Shown one piece after another: positions 1 through 9,168 of a DNA stretch of 64,000 bases. The notes under the pieces are model-generated. The model was not told the DNA's origin. It worked only from the letters and a program-made list of their open reading frames with translations, and did no database searches. How positions within the stretch are numbered: position 1 is the first letter of the stretch; every line of letters starts with the position of its first letter. The DNA lies in assembly GCA_038061835.1 (NCBI GenBank), contig JBBTYJ010000015.1, forward strand, positions 3,907 through 67,906, given 5' to 3'. The translations under genes and the position numbers were made by a program. The DNA comes from Patescibacteria group bacterium (GTDB lineage Bacteria; Patescibacteriota; Minisyncoccia; Phycocordibacterales; Zambryskibacteraceae).

Positions 1-93
1 GGAAAATGGACAAAGACGTATTGCGTATTACGGGCACTGGGGCAGGACTTGAACCGTTGACTTTGGAAAAACCTTCAGTAGAATAGGCATCCT

Positions 94-489
94 ATGGCCA
101 AGACTCCAACAACAACAAAAACAACCAAAAAGACCGCTCTTAAGGCCATTGCCAAACCCGATAATAAGGCGCTTTATGCCGTCTTTGCCTCCGGTGGCAA
201 ACAGTATCGTGTAGTGGTAGGGGACAAGGTCAAAATTGAAAAACTCAACGATAACCAAAAGGAGGGAGATAAGCTTACTTTTGATAAAGTTCTTTTGGTA
301 GATGACGGGATAAGCGAGGCTACTATTGGTACTCCTTTCATAAAAGGCGCGGAAGTCAAAGCCACCTTAAAAAAAATTGCTCGATATAAAACAATCGATG
401 TTATCAAATATAAACAGAAATCCCGTTATTTCAAAAAATACGGTCATCGTCAACCTTACTTTGAAATTCAAATAGATTCAATTAAATAA
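94..489 (+). CDS. rplU: 50S ribosomal protein L21 with Lys/Thr-rich N-terminal extension
   Basis: Translation contains the L21 core YAVFASGGKQYRV...GDK...; 131 aa. Confidence 0.9.
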   Translation: MAKTPTTTKTTKKTALKAIAKPDNKALYAVFASGGKQYRVVVGDKVKIEKLNDNQKEGDKLTFDKVLLVDDGISEATIGTPFIKGAEVKATLKKIARYKTIDVIKYKQKSRYFKKYGHRQPYFEIQIDSIK

Positions 490-501
490 AAAGTCAGTAG
501 A

Positions 502-1104
502 TTATTTAGTCCGATGCAAGAAAGCGTTTTTGAGAGTTTCTGGGTCAGCATACTCAAGTTCAGCACCAGTTGAGAGTCCCTTACCTAAAGTGGTAAATAT
601 CAAGGGTAGCCCTTGATATTTTTGTTTGATAAATTCAGCGGTATTCTCTCCGTCAAGATTGGCGTTCATAGCTAAAATAATTTCTTTAATACTTTTATCA
701 TTCTTGATCCGTGATTCTAAATTCTTGATTCTTATCCTCTTCTCAGGTTCTTTTTCAAGAATCGGGATAACACCTCCTAAAATAAAATAATATCCTTTAT
801 AGCCGCCGCTTCGTTCCACCGCTTCAAAATCAATATCTCTTGGCACAATCATAAGCATTGAATTATCTCTGGAATTATCGGAGCATATGGCACAAATTTT
901 GGATTCATATCCATTCTTAGCGTAATATCGCATGCATTTCTCACATTGGATAATTTCTTTTTTTATACTTTGAATTGCTTTTATTAATTCACTGGCATAG
1001 TCGCCGTTTCTAGAAAGAAGAAAGTACACGAAACGTTTGGCCTGTCTCGGCCCGATACCCGGAAACCGAGCGAATATTTCCGATAATTTATCTATTGAAT
1101 TCAT
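502..1104 (-). CDS. recR: Recombination protein RecR
   Basis: N-terminal HhH FPGIGPRQAKRF, C4 zinc finger (CEKC...CAIC), Toprim-like C-terminus; 200 aa. Confidence 0.9.
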   Translation of the reverse strand: MNSIDKLSEIFARFPGIGPRQAKRFVYFLLSRNGDYASELIKAIQSIKKEIIQCEKCMRYYAKNGYESKICAICSDNSRDNSMLMIVPRDIDFEAVERSGGYKGYYFILGGVIPILEKEPEKRIRIKNLESRIKNDKSIKEIILAMNANLDGENTAEFIKQKYQGLPLIFTTLGKGLSTGAELEYADPETLKNAFLHRTK

Positions 1105-1108
1105 CCTG

Positions 1109-2527
1109 TTAAAGACTCTCGAATTCCTCTTCCGCTTTACCGTAATTGGAATAATCTATTTCAACAAAAGTATTAAAGCGAGTGTGATAGTCAAGAGTGG
1201 CCACACCAAGAGGACCGTTTCTATGTTTAGCAATGATCAGTTCTTTTCTTTGAACTTCTTTCATTTTCCCGTGCTCATCGCGAATATCATCTTCTCCCGA
1301 ATGAATAAACATCACCAAATCGGCATCCTGTTCAATTGAACCGGAATCTCGCAGGTCAGAAAGCTTTGGTTTACCGCCACGGGTTTCTACCGCGCGGGAA
1401 AGTTGAGAAAGCGCTACCACCGGAATATTGAGTTCGCGAGCCAGATGCTTGAGCGAGCGAGAAATTTCCGTAACTTGCTGAACCATAGAATCGTTGACAC
1501 GCGCAGTCGAAGGCGCCATGAGTTGAAGATAGTCAACAATCAAAAGTTTGAGACCTTTTTCAATTTTTAATTTACGCGCGGCCGAACGCATTTTCATAAT
1601 AGTATTACCGGGTTGATCGTCTATGTAGATAGGAGTGCGCGAGAGATCGTCGAGCGCGTCACGAATATTTTTAAAAACATCATCACGCCAAGTGCCCGTT
1701 TGAACGCGTACCCCCTTGCGAATAATCGAGGAATCTGTACGTGATTGAGCAGCCACAATACGGTCAACAAGTTGATCAGCGCTCATTTCAAGAGAGAAGA
1801 TGCCTACTGGAGTTTGATGCAGGCTGGCGGTTCTTCTGGCGATATCGAGAGCCAGAGCAGTCTTACCAACCGAAGGACGAGCGGCAATAATGATAAGATC
1901 AGAGTTTTGAAAACCGCCTAAAATATCATCGAGAGATTTAAAGCCCGTCGGCACACCTCGTAGTTCGTGTTCCGCCGAAGAAAGTTTTTCAAAACGTTCG
2001 TAAGCCTCGGCCAATAGCGGCACCAGATCTCTAAAACGCGCCGAACCGGCGAAACGTTCGGTAATATCAAACACCTTTTTCTCAGCTTGATCCAAAATTT
2101 CTTCTAGATCACCGGCTTCATTAAAACCTAAATGAGAGAGATGCTCTGAGGCTTCAATGAGTTGACGCATCATATACTTCTTCATCACAATTTCGGCGTA
2201 ATGTTTGGCATTAGCCGAAGATGGTACCGCAGAGGAAAGTTCGGTTAGATATGTCACGCCGCCAATACGTTCGAGCAAATCCTTCTCCTTAAGTCTCGAG
2301 GATAGAGAAAGAATATCTATCGGTTGATGCTTGCTAAAAAGTTCTAGCATCGTCTCAAATATCGTCTTGTGTTTTTCAAAATAGAAAGAGATCGGTGTAA
2401 CAATATCTAAAACATCATAAATAGCATCGGGTCGAAGCATGATCGAACCAAGTAAAGCCATTTCTGCTTCCATACTATGAGGGGGAATGCGCAAGCCCGT
2501 ATTTATTTCTTGAGAAATCGTTTGCAT
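1109..2527 (-). CDS. dnaB: Replicative DNA helicase DnaB
   Basis: PHSMEAEMALLGSIM N-terminal DnaB motif, Walker A ARPSVGKTALAL, RecA-like C-terminal domain; 472 aa. Confidence 0.95.
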   Translation of the reverse strand: MQTISQEINTGLRIPPHSMEAEMALLGSIMLRPDAIYDVLDIVTPISFYFEKHKTIFETMLELFSKHQPIDILSLSSRLKEKDLLERIGGVTYLTELSSAVPSSANAKHYAEIVMKKYMMRQLIEASEHLSHLGFNEAGDLEEILDQAEKKVFDITERFAGSARFRDLVPLLAEAYERFEKLSSAEHELRGVPTGFKSLDDILGGFQNSDLIIIAARPSVGKTALALDIARRTASLHQTPVGIFSLEMSADQLVDRIVAAQSRTDSSIIRKGVRVQTGTWRDDVFKNIRDALDDLSRTPIYIDDQPGNTIMKMRSAARKLKIEKGLKLLIVDYLQLMAPSTARVNDSMVQQVTEISRSLKHLARELNIPVVALSQLSRAVETRGGKPKLSDLRDSGSIEQDADLVMFIHSGEDDIRDEHGKMKEVQRKELIIAKHRNGPLGVATLDYHTRFNTFVEIDYSNYGKAEEEFESL

Positions 2528-2660
2528 AACACTATGCTACCAGTCTGGCTTTCCGCCGCAAACTGGAAAAAGTTGAAAAGTCAGGGTGTAAGTTGGGGAG
2601 AACCTGGTGGTTCGACATTAATCTTATGAGGATTATTTTTTCTGTCTAAATATCCCAAAT

Positions 2661-2679
2661 AGCAAGGTTAAACCTTGCT
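2661..2679. repeat. REP-like palindrome copy 1 (AGCAAGGTT-A-AACCTTGCT, perfect 9-bp arms)
   Basis: Perfect palindrome read directly; same core as the two copies flanking the RAYT gene. Confidence 0.7.
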
Positions 2680-2745
2680 CCACAAAAAGAATGTGGTATT
2701 CTCCTAGCAGGTAGTTCACGAATTAATGTTAAGGAGGAAACGACA

Positions 2746-2916
2746 ATGACAGAAGACACAATTCTTAAGATGTTGGGCGTGATAGGGATTATTTTACTGA
2801 TTGCTTTGGCAATCAAGGGAATCTACCGGCGATACAAGATGAATGGGACGCTAGATGAGAAAGAGGGGAGACAACTCAAAAATAGAAAAACGGTAATATA
2901 TCGACGAGACAATTAG
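2746..2916 (+). CDS. Small hydrophobic protein (56 aa, one predicted TM) with strong SD; not in ORF track (<60 aa)
   Basis: TAAGGAGG 8 nt upstream of ATG; translation MTEDTILKMLGVIGIILLIALAIKGIYRRYKMNGTLDEKEGRQLKNRKTVIYRRDN. Confidence 0.4.
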   Translation: MTEDTILKMLGVIGIILLIALAIKGIYRRYKMNGTLDEKEGRQLKNRKTVIYRRDN

Positions 2917-3013
2917 AGAAAAAGAGGAATTGGGTATTGGTTGATAGAAACAACTTCGACCCTCGGTTTGTCCAAATTTATTTAGGTAAACCGGGGGTTG
3001 TTTTTTATATTTA

Positions 3014-3036
3014 AATATCAAGGTTTAACCTTGCTC
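3014..3036. repeat. REP-like palindrome copy 2 (AATATCAAGGTTTAACCTTGCTC)
   Basis: 23-bp exact direct repeat of copy 3; contains palindrome CAAGGTT-T-AACCTTG; 30 bp upstream of RAYT start. Confidence 0.7.
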
Positions 3037-3065
3037 TAAAGGTCGATTATTGATATAACTTTTGT

Positions 3066-3743
3066 ATGTCCACACGAGTTCCATTTGGCACTGGGGAGTG
3101 GTATCACTGTTACTGTCGTGGCGTTGATAAACGCAAAGTATTTTTAGAATCAAAAGACTATGAAAGATTTATTCTTTCTATGCATGCTGGAAATGGCCCA
3201 TTAGCCGTACATCTCTCAAATATTTTGAGAAATAAAAAATTTAATGAGATTCTTACAACACTTTTTCAGAATGAACATCTGGTTGATATTGGAGCATTTT
3301 GCCTTATGCCAAATCATTTTCACTTACTGCTTAAAGAAGTGGAGGAAGGTGGTATATCGCTTTTTATGCAAAAGGTTTTAACGGGATACACTATGTATTT
3401 TAATGAGAAATATGAGCGGAAGGGTGCCTTATTTGCAAATACCTATAATTCTCGACATATTTTTGATGACAGATACTTTAAGAAAGTTATAGCCTATATA
3501 CATCTGAACCCGGTCGAGTTAGATGAAATAAATTGGAAGGTGGGAAGTGGGGATATTAGAAAAATAGAAAAAAGACTACGTAATTATAAATACTCGAGTC
3601 TCTCTGCCTTTACAGATATCGAAAATCCAAGCAACTCTATTATCTCTGGTTCGGTTTTAGAAATATTTGACTCACTTCCATCAATCAGAGAAATGCTGGC
3701 AGACGCTCAAACTTATTATCAAGAACAAAATATCAAGGTTTAA
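3066..3743 (+). CDS. IS200/IS605-family Y1 (HuH) transposase-like, REP-associated tyrosine transposase (RAYT)-like
   Basis: HuH motif FCLMPNHFHLLL, catalytic-Tyr region YIHLNPV, N-terminal WYHCYCRGVDKRKVF; flanked by REP palindromes; 225 aa. Confidence 0.8.
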   Translation: MSTRVPFGTGEWYHCYCRGVDKRKVFLESKDYERFILSMHAGNGPLAVHLSNILRNKKFNEILTTLFQNEHLVDIGAFCLMPNHFHLLLKEVEEGGISLFMQKVLTGYTMYFNEKYERKGALFANTYNSRHIFDDRYFKKVIAYIHLNPVELDEINWKVGSGDIRKIEKRLRNYKYSSLSAFTDIENPSNSIISGSVLEIFDSLPSIREMLADAQTYYQEQNIKV

Positions 3744-3751
3744 CCTTGCTC
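3729..3751. repeat. REP-like palindrome copy 3 (AATATCAAGGTTTAACCTTGCTC); overlaps RAYT stop codon
   Basis: Exact 23-bp repeat of copy 2; TAA stop of the RAYT gene lies inside the palindrome (GTT TAA CC). Confidence 0.7.
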
Positions 3752-3763
3752 AAAGATGGCTAG

Positions 3764-5179
3764 CTAAAGTTTGGAAATTTGGGGGCCTGAAGCGGTGTCT
3801 TCTATTATAAAACCGAGGTTCTTTATTTTTTCACGGAGCTCGTCAGATTTAACATAGTCACCAGTCGCACGAGCAGATTCGCGATCCTTAAGTAATTGCT
3901 CGATTTCCCTTGGAAGATCTTTTACTTCAAATTCATTATTTTCCAGATTCAAACCGAGCACCTTATCAAAATTCGATAAAGTCATTTTTTTATCAGCTAG
4001 AGAAATAGACTCATCCTTGACTAATTTCCAGACAACAGCTAAAGCCTCCGGAGTATTGAGATCATTTTCAATAGCTTCTGTAAATTCCTTTTTATATTGA
4101 TTGTTTACTTCTCCGTTCTCATATCCAGATGAATTATAAAATTCTTTTAATTTACGATAGGCATTCCCGGCGGCTTCGAGCGCTTCCCAAGAAAAATTAG
4201 TGGGTGTGCGATAATGTGAGTTTAATAAAAAATACCGGAAGGCTAGGGGACTGAAACCTTTTTTAATTATTTCAGAGAGGTAAACGACATTACCTTCGGA
4301 CTTTGCCATCTTTCTTGCCCCTCGGAGCTTCAGCGAAGTGGGGTCTCCGGAAATTTGCAGATGGGCGCGATGGAGCCAATACTTCGCAAACGGAATCCTA
4401 CCAGTAGCCGCTTCGGATTGAGCGATCTCATTGTTGTGGTGTACTGGAATATGTTCAATGCCGCCGGTATGAATATCTATTTGCTCTCCAAGAATTTTAA
4501 TAATCATAGCTGAACATTCGATATGCCAACCCGGGAAACCTTGACCCCATTCGCTCGTAAAACCAAGATTATCGTTGAATTTCCATAGGGCAAAGTCCTT
4601 AGAACTATGTTTCTCAGGATTTATGGAAACTCGCGCCTGGGTATCCGTCGATTCAGAAAGGCCGCCCAACTTGCCGTACTCGGGAAATTTCGACGTATCA
4701 AAATAAATGCCGTCACTTGTCCGATAAGTGAATTCTTTTTCTTCCAGAGTTTTGATCAAGGCAATTTGATCCGAAACATAGTCGCTGGCATAAGGAAAAA
4801 CTGTTCCATTTGTCTTGATGTTTAACTTTCCAATATCATCCAGAAAAATGCCACCATATTTGTGAGCAAGGACCTGCATATTTGCAAGAGTGGGGGAGAG
4901 CCCTTCATTCTTTAAACCTTTAGCCATTTTGTCTTCCCCTTCATCCGCATCAGAAGTCAGGTGTCCAAAATCGGTTATATTAATGACTTGTTTTGTTTTG
5001 AAACCACAATACTCAAGCGTTCGACGCAAGATATCGGTAAATACAAACATGGAAAGATTGCCGATATGCTGAGTACCGTAAGCCGTCGGGCCACAATGAT
5101 ACATTTTGACTTCACTTGCCCTGATTGGTTCGAAGACTTCTAATTTCCCTGTTAGAGTGTTATGCAATTTAATAGCCAC
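3764..5179 (-). CDS. cysS: Cysteine--tRNA ligase
   Basis: HIGH-region MYHCGPTAYGTQHIGN, KMSKS-like KMAKSEGN. The ORF track extends to 5440, but that N-terminus overlaps the divergent ctpA gene; an in-frame GTG at 5179 gives a typical KLHNTLTGK N-terminus (471 aa). Confidence 0.85.
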   Translation of the reverse strand: MAIKLHNTLTGKLEVFEPIRASEVKMYHCGPTAYGTQHIGNLSMFVFTDILRRTLEYCGFKTKQVINITDFGHLTSDADEGEDKMAKGLKNEGLSPTLANMQVLAHKYGGIFLDDIGKLNIKTNGTVFPYASDYVSDQIALIKTLEEKEFTYRTSDGIYFDTSKFPEYGKLGGLSESTDTQARVSINPEKHSSKDFALWKFNDNLGFTSEWGQGFPGWHIECSAMIIKILGEQIDIHTGGIEHIPVHHNNEIAQSEAATGRIPFAKYWLHRAHLQISGDPTSLKLRGARKMAKSEGNVVYLSEIIKKGFSPLAFRYFLLNSHYRTPTNFSWEALEAAGNAYRKLKEFYNSSGYENGEVNNQYKKEFTEAIENDLNTPEALAVVWKLVKDESISLADKKMTLSNFDKVLGLNLENNEFEVKDLPREIEQLLKDRESARATGDYVKSDELREKIKNLGFIIEDTASGPQISKL

Positions 5180-5207
5180 ATATGTATTATATGATACAAT
5201 TCTTGAA

Positions 5208-6428
5208 ATGGAATTTTTAAAAAGACATACTGCCCTCCTGATACTCGGAACAATTATAGCTATCGCCTCGTTTAATCTCGGCTTTAATGCAGGAGAAAAA
5301 AGTCTTTCCACCACAGTAGTCGGAATAGAAAACATGACGGAAGGCGAGCCGTCTAACGTAGACTTTGCCCCCTTTTGGAAAGTGTGGAATCTTATCAATA
5401 CAAAATATGTACCCACCAGCACCACGACCAAAGATGTCAACAGCCAAGAAAAGGTTTGGGGCGCTATTCAGGGTTTGACCAATTCACTCGATGATCCATA
5501 TACAGTTTTCTTTCCTCCTGTAGAATCGGAGCTTTTTGCATCGGATATCCGCGGTAACTTCGAAGGAGTGGGGATGGAAATAGTTGCCAAAGAGGGAGCA
5601 ATTACCGTTGTCGCGCCACTTAAAAATTCCCCGGCAGCCAAGGCCGGCATCATGGCTGGTGACAGAATTATTAAAATAGAAAACAAGGAGACCAGCGGTC
5701 TTTCCACCGAAGAAGCCGTTCAACTCATACGCGGACCAAAGGACACTCGAGTGACCCTAACAATCTTTAGAAACGGTATTAAAGAACCTTTTGAAATAAA
5801 AGTAATACGTGATGTCATAGATGTCCCAACCATTAATACCAAAAAATTGCCGGGAGGAATTTTTGTCATTGAGCTCTATAATTTTTCGGCTCAATCTCCC
5901 AATCTTTTTCGTCTCGCCCTGCGCGAATTTATCCTATTAGGTGATAACAAATTAATCTTGGATCTACGCGGTAATCCGGGCGGATATCTGGAGGCGGCGA
6001 TTGATATGGCCAGTTGGTTCTTGCCTTCGAGCAAAGTGATAGTTAGAGAGGATTTCGGATCATCACGAGAGGAAAAAATCTACCGCAGCAAGGGTTATGA
6101 TATATTCAACGAATCTTTAAAACTTGTCATCCTGGTTGATGGAGGTTCCGCCTCCGCCTCAGAAATATTAGCAGGTGCCTTATCTGAACAGGGTAGGGCG
6201 ATTTTGGTCGGAGACAAGACTTTCGGCAAGGGATCTGTTCAAGAGCTGATAGACATCACGGCAGACACTTCGCTGAAAGTTACTATTGCCAGATGGCTAA
6301 CTCCAAACGGCGTATCTATCTCCAAAAATGGCATCGAACCAGAGTATCTTGTTAAATATACTCTGAAAAATAGAGAGGCCGAACACGATCCACAACTTGA
6401 AAAAGCTATTGAAATTTTAAAACAATAG
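5208..6428 (+). CDS. ctpA: Carboxy-terminal processing protease (S41 family, CtpA-like) with N-terminal TM and PDZ domain
   Basis: PDZ segment GVGMEI..., S41 motifs ILDLRGNPGGYLEAAIDMASWF and TFGKGSVQE; start taken at MEFLKRH (TM helix) because the upstream track extension overlaps cysS. Confidence 0.8.
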   Translation: MEFLKRHTALLILGTIIAIASFNLGFNAGEKSLSTTVVGIENMTEGEPSNVDFAPFWKVWNLINTKYVPTSTTTKDVNSQEKVWGAIQGLTNSLDDPYTVFFPPVESELFASDIRGNFEGVGMEIVAKEGAITVVAPLKNSPAAKAGIMAGDRIIKIENKETSGLSTEEAVQLIRGPKDTRVTLTIFRNGIKEPFEIKVIRDVIDVPTINTKKLPGGIFVIELYNFSAQSPNLFRLALREFILLGDNKLILDLRGNPGGYLEAAIDMASWFLPSSKVIVREDFGSSREEKIYRSKGYDIFNESLKLVILVDGGSASASEILAGALSEQGRAILVGDKTFGKGSVQELIDITADTSLKVTIARWLTPNGVSISKNGIEPEYLVKYTLKNREAEHDPQLEKAIEILKQ

Positions 6429-6447
6429 TTCAATCAATTCACCATAA

Positions 6448-6756
6448 ATGAAAATCATTTTACTCAAAGATATAAAAGGGGTAGGGAAGAGGTTTGAAGA
6501 AAAGTCTGTTTCAAACGGACACGCCATGAATTTTCTCATTCCTAAGAAATTGGCAGTACCTGTCAGTCCAGTATCTTTGAACATGGTAAGACAAATGAAA
6601 GAGCAGAGTGAGAAACAGAGAGCAGAAGAAGAGAAGGAAATAAATGAAAAACTATCGAAGCGACAAGAAAAACACGAGGTACTTGAGAAATTTAGACAGA
6701 CCAGTCTCGCCGAAGCAGAGTCTAGACGGGAACAACGTGCAAAACCTTCTTCTTGA
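6448..6756 (+). CDS. rplI: 50S ribosomal protein L9, N-domain clear, C-terminal half replaced by a charged low-complexity tail
   Basis: [36 protein letters not shown] matches the L9 N-terminal domain; 102 aa versus ~149 typical. Confidence 0.75.
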   Translation: MKIILLKDIKGVGKRFEEKSVSNGHAMNFLIPKKLAVPVSPVSLNMVRQMKEQSEKQRAEEEKEINEKLSKRQEKHEVLEKFRQTSLAEAESRREQRAKPSS

Positions 6757-7000
6757 TAATTTTGTTATCGAAATGAATCTTGCGCTTGTAACTAATGGAA
6801 ACTAAACCGTTTCTCACAGCAAATAGAGTGTGATCCTTGCCCATTAAGACATTCTTGCCGGCTAGAAAATTTGAGCCACGTTGACGCACCAAAACAGAGC
6901 CCGCTTGGGCCAGACCGCCGGGCGAGACCTTCACACCGAGATATTTCGGGTTAGAATCGCGGCCGTTTTTAGTTGTACCTGCGGACTTTTTATGTGCCAT
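6722..7000 (-). CDS. rpmA: 50S ribosomal protein L27
   Basis: [24 protein letters not shown]... classic L27 N-terminus; 92 aa. Confidence 0.9.
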   Translation of the reverse strand: MAHKKSAGTTKNGRDSNPKYLGVKVSPGGLAQAGSVLVRQRGSNFLAGKNVLMGKDHTLFAVRNGLVSISYKRKIHFDNKIIKKKVLHVVPV

Positions 7001-7011
7001 AATTAAGTTGC

Positions 7012-7455
7012 ATGAGTTTACAGGATATCTGGAATAAAATCAAGCCCCAATCTCAAGTAGAGATCATCAAACTCGATGAGAATGGGGGAGTAGAATCTTT
7101 TCCTCTATTTAAGAAACTCTTCTTATCTACCGTCATAATGTTGGTCGCCTTGTTATCTTTCGGCATTGGACGGTTATCTGTGATGGGGAAGAGAGAACCG
7201 ATCAGAATCGAATATGATTCAGAAATGTCCAATACTCCACTCCAAATTTCAAATGAACAAACGGCCTCGGTCATACAAGGAGTACCGAAATCTAATAATG
7301 AAGTAATTGTGTCCAAGAATGGCGCCCGTTATCATTATTCACATTGTGCAGGCGCCAAGCAGATTAAAGAAGCAAATAAAATCGTCTTTGCCTCACCTGC
7401 AGCGGCCGAAGCCGCGGGTTATACTCTGGCAGCCAATTGTGTGCCCAAACCATAG
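7012..7455 (+). CDS. Membrane-anchored hypothetical protein with C-terminal His/Cys motif (YHYSHC...GY...C)
   Basis: One predicted TM ([18 protein letters not shown]); C-terminal segment [40 protein letters not shown] suggests a small metal-binding domain. Confidence 0.5.
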   Translation: MSLQDIWNKIKPQSQVEIIKLDENGGVESFPLFKKLFLSTVIMLVALLSFGIGRLSVMGKREPIRIEYDSEMSNTPLQISNEQTASVIQGVPKSNNEVIVSKNGARYHYSHCAGAKQIKEANKIVFASPAAAEAAGYTLAANCVPKP

Positions 7456-7520
7456 AGGACCAGATAAGCAATATATGGCTTAATTGAGCCATTTTAGAAA
7501 TATTTCACCATTTAAATTGG

Positions 7521-7549
7521 TTGACTTCAAGGGTCAGGTATGATAGTAT
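7521..7549 (+). promoter_or_regulatory. Sigma70-like promoter TTGACT-N17-TAGTAT upstream of lysozyme-like gene (long ~190 nt leader)
   Basis: Hexamers and 17-nt spacer read directly. Confidence 0.45.
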
Positions 7550-7740
7550 GTAGGTAAGTCAGCAGGTGCTGGCTTTTCATTTAGGAGAGCTTGTTCCGCC
7601 ACGATGGAACAAATTACGGAAACAGCCACCTAAAATTAGAAATTTAATTTACTGTTATTTTACAGCTTACGACCATTAGTCTTCTCTTAAGCTTCTCATC
7701 TGGAGCCGCCGCAGTATTACCCGCGATACCATCGCTCGTA

Positions 7741-8148
7741 ATGCCTGTGATTGGCCCGGAGGTAACGGTAGAGCCGGTGCCTAAAGAAGTAAAAGCTGAA
7801 GATTATCAGCCGATTACAGATTCGAAGAATGTCGAGAAATTCATCAATGATTATTTTGCCGATATTCCCGTTCTGGCCCATATTGCCAAATGTGAGTCGC
7901 GCTATCGCCAATTCAACTCGAATGGCGAAGTGTTAAGAGGGGAGAAGAACCGATACGACAGAGGTGTGATGCAGATTAATATCCTGTATCATGAAAGAAC
8001 TGCGGAAGAAATGGGATTAGATATTCACAACATAGATGACAACGTTGCTTATGCTCGTTATCTCTATGAGAAACAGGGCGCTAAGCCTTGGTTATCTTCC
8101 TCAAAGTGTTGGGCAAACTTCACTCAATCTGAAATCGCTAGAGGTTAA
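7741..8148 (+). CDS. Lysozyme-like / lytic transglycosylase-like small protein
   Basis: AKCESRYRQF...GVMQIN resembles the catalytic-Glu region and GLMQI motif of SLT/lysozyme-like folds. The in-frame upstream region encodes a signal-peptide-like hydrophobic stretch but has no canonical start. Confidence 0.55.
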   Translation: MPVIGPEVTVEPVPKEVKAEDYQPITDSKNVEKFINDYFADIPVLAHIAKCESRYRQFNSNGEVLRGEKNRYDRGVMQINILYHERTAEEMGLDIHNIDDNVAYARYLYEKQGAKPWLSSSKCWANFTQSEIARG

Positions 8149-8158
8149 TACCTCAACA

Positions 8159-8190
8159 AACCCCGCCATCACTGGCGGGGTTTGTTTTGT
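8159..8190 (+). terminator. Rho-independent terminator
   Basis: AACCCCGCC-ATCACT-GGCGGGGTT followed by TGTTTTGT. Confidence 0.8.
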
Positions 8191-8240
8191 ATAAATAAAC
8201 GGATTGGATGGAAACTTTTAAATTTAGTACTATCTTAGGA

Positions 8241-8834
8241 ATGAATACAGAGATTGAAGCAAAATTCACTCGTATTGACCCAAGAAACGTAAGAAAACGT
8301 TTAATCGAGTTAGGCGCAAATTTAAAACAACCCGAAAGATTAATGCGAAGGAAAAATTACGATTATGGCGATAATCGGTTAAGAAAGGTCGGGGGTTGGA
8401 TTCGTCTACGAGATGAGATAAATAGAGTGACACTTGCTTATAAACAACTGGATGATCGGACACTTTACGGAACTAAAGAAATTTTAATAACCGTGGAAAA
8501 CTTTGAAGAAACGGCAATTTTTTTGACAACCATAGGTTTACAAATAAAATCCTACCAAGAAACAAAAAGGGAATCGTGGTTGTTAGAAGAAGTAGAAGTG
8601 GAAATTGATACATGGCCCTGGGTTCCGTCATTTGTGGAAATTGAAGGAAAAGATGAAGAGAGTGTTAAAAAAACTGCCAAAATTTTAGGATTCGACTGGG
8701 GGGTGGCAAAACACGGTAGTGTAGAAAATGTTTATCAAGAGATATTTGATGTTACGGAAGAAGAAATAGATGGATGGAAAGAAATTGTTTTCTCGCCAAT
8801 ACCTGCATGGCTAGAAATCAAACGTAGGGGATAG
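8241..8834 (+). CDS. CYTH-domain protein (triphosphate tunnel metalloenzyme / CyaB-like)
   Basis: N-terminal EIEAKF motif typical of CYTH; start taken at MNTEIEAKF (the track ORF starts 11 codons earlier). Confidence 0.7.
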   Translation: MNTEIEAKFTRIDPRNVRKRLIELGANLKQPERLMRRKNYDYGDNRLRKVGGWIRLRDEINRVTLAYKQLDDRTLYGTKEILITVENFEETAIFLTTIGLQIKSYQETKRESWLLEEVEVEIDTWPWVPSFVEIEGKDEESVKKTAKILGFDWGVAKHGSVENVYQEIFDVTEEEIDGWKEIVFSPIPAWLEIKRRG

Positions 8835-9168
8835 AACTCTTGAATTTGATTACATGTCGCACAATATACCTTTTACGACTCTAAGATAGCTTTAAATGAA
8901 CTTCGATTATATTACATTTATAATACGCTATAGCATAAATTAGATGTATTCTCTTTCATGCATCCTCGGATCACAATTTAATTAATTATTAAAATTTTCC
9001 CTGATTAAAGATCGGATAATTAAAAACTAAAAATACAACCTCCCTCTCCCCTATTTTGAAGGATAGATAGGGAAGTTTTAACATTTGATTTTATGAAAAT
9101 TTCTGTTAATATAGCTTCAGAATTAGCAAAGTTCTACGTTACTTTCGGATTGAAAAAGGAGAAAGTCA

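Noticed and set aside
5180-5440. Long N-terminal extension of cysS in the ORF track (558 aa)
   Set aside because: The extension overlaps the divergent ctpA coding region and has no similarity to the CysRS N-terminus; the in-frame GTG at 5179 gives a canonical N-terminus.
7560-7640. Riboswitch call for the leader upstream of the lysozyme-like gene
   Set aside because: Only a short hairpin is recognisable and no known riboswitch consensus could be matched by eye; it is reported only as an unexplained long leader.
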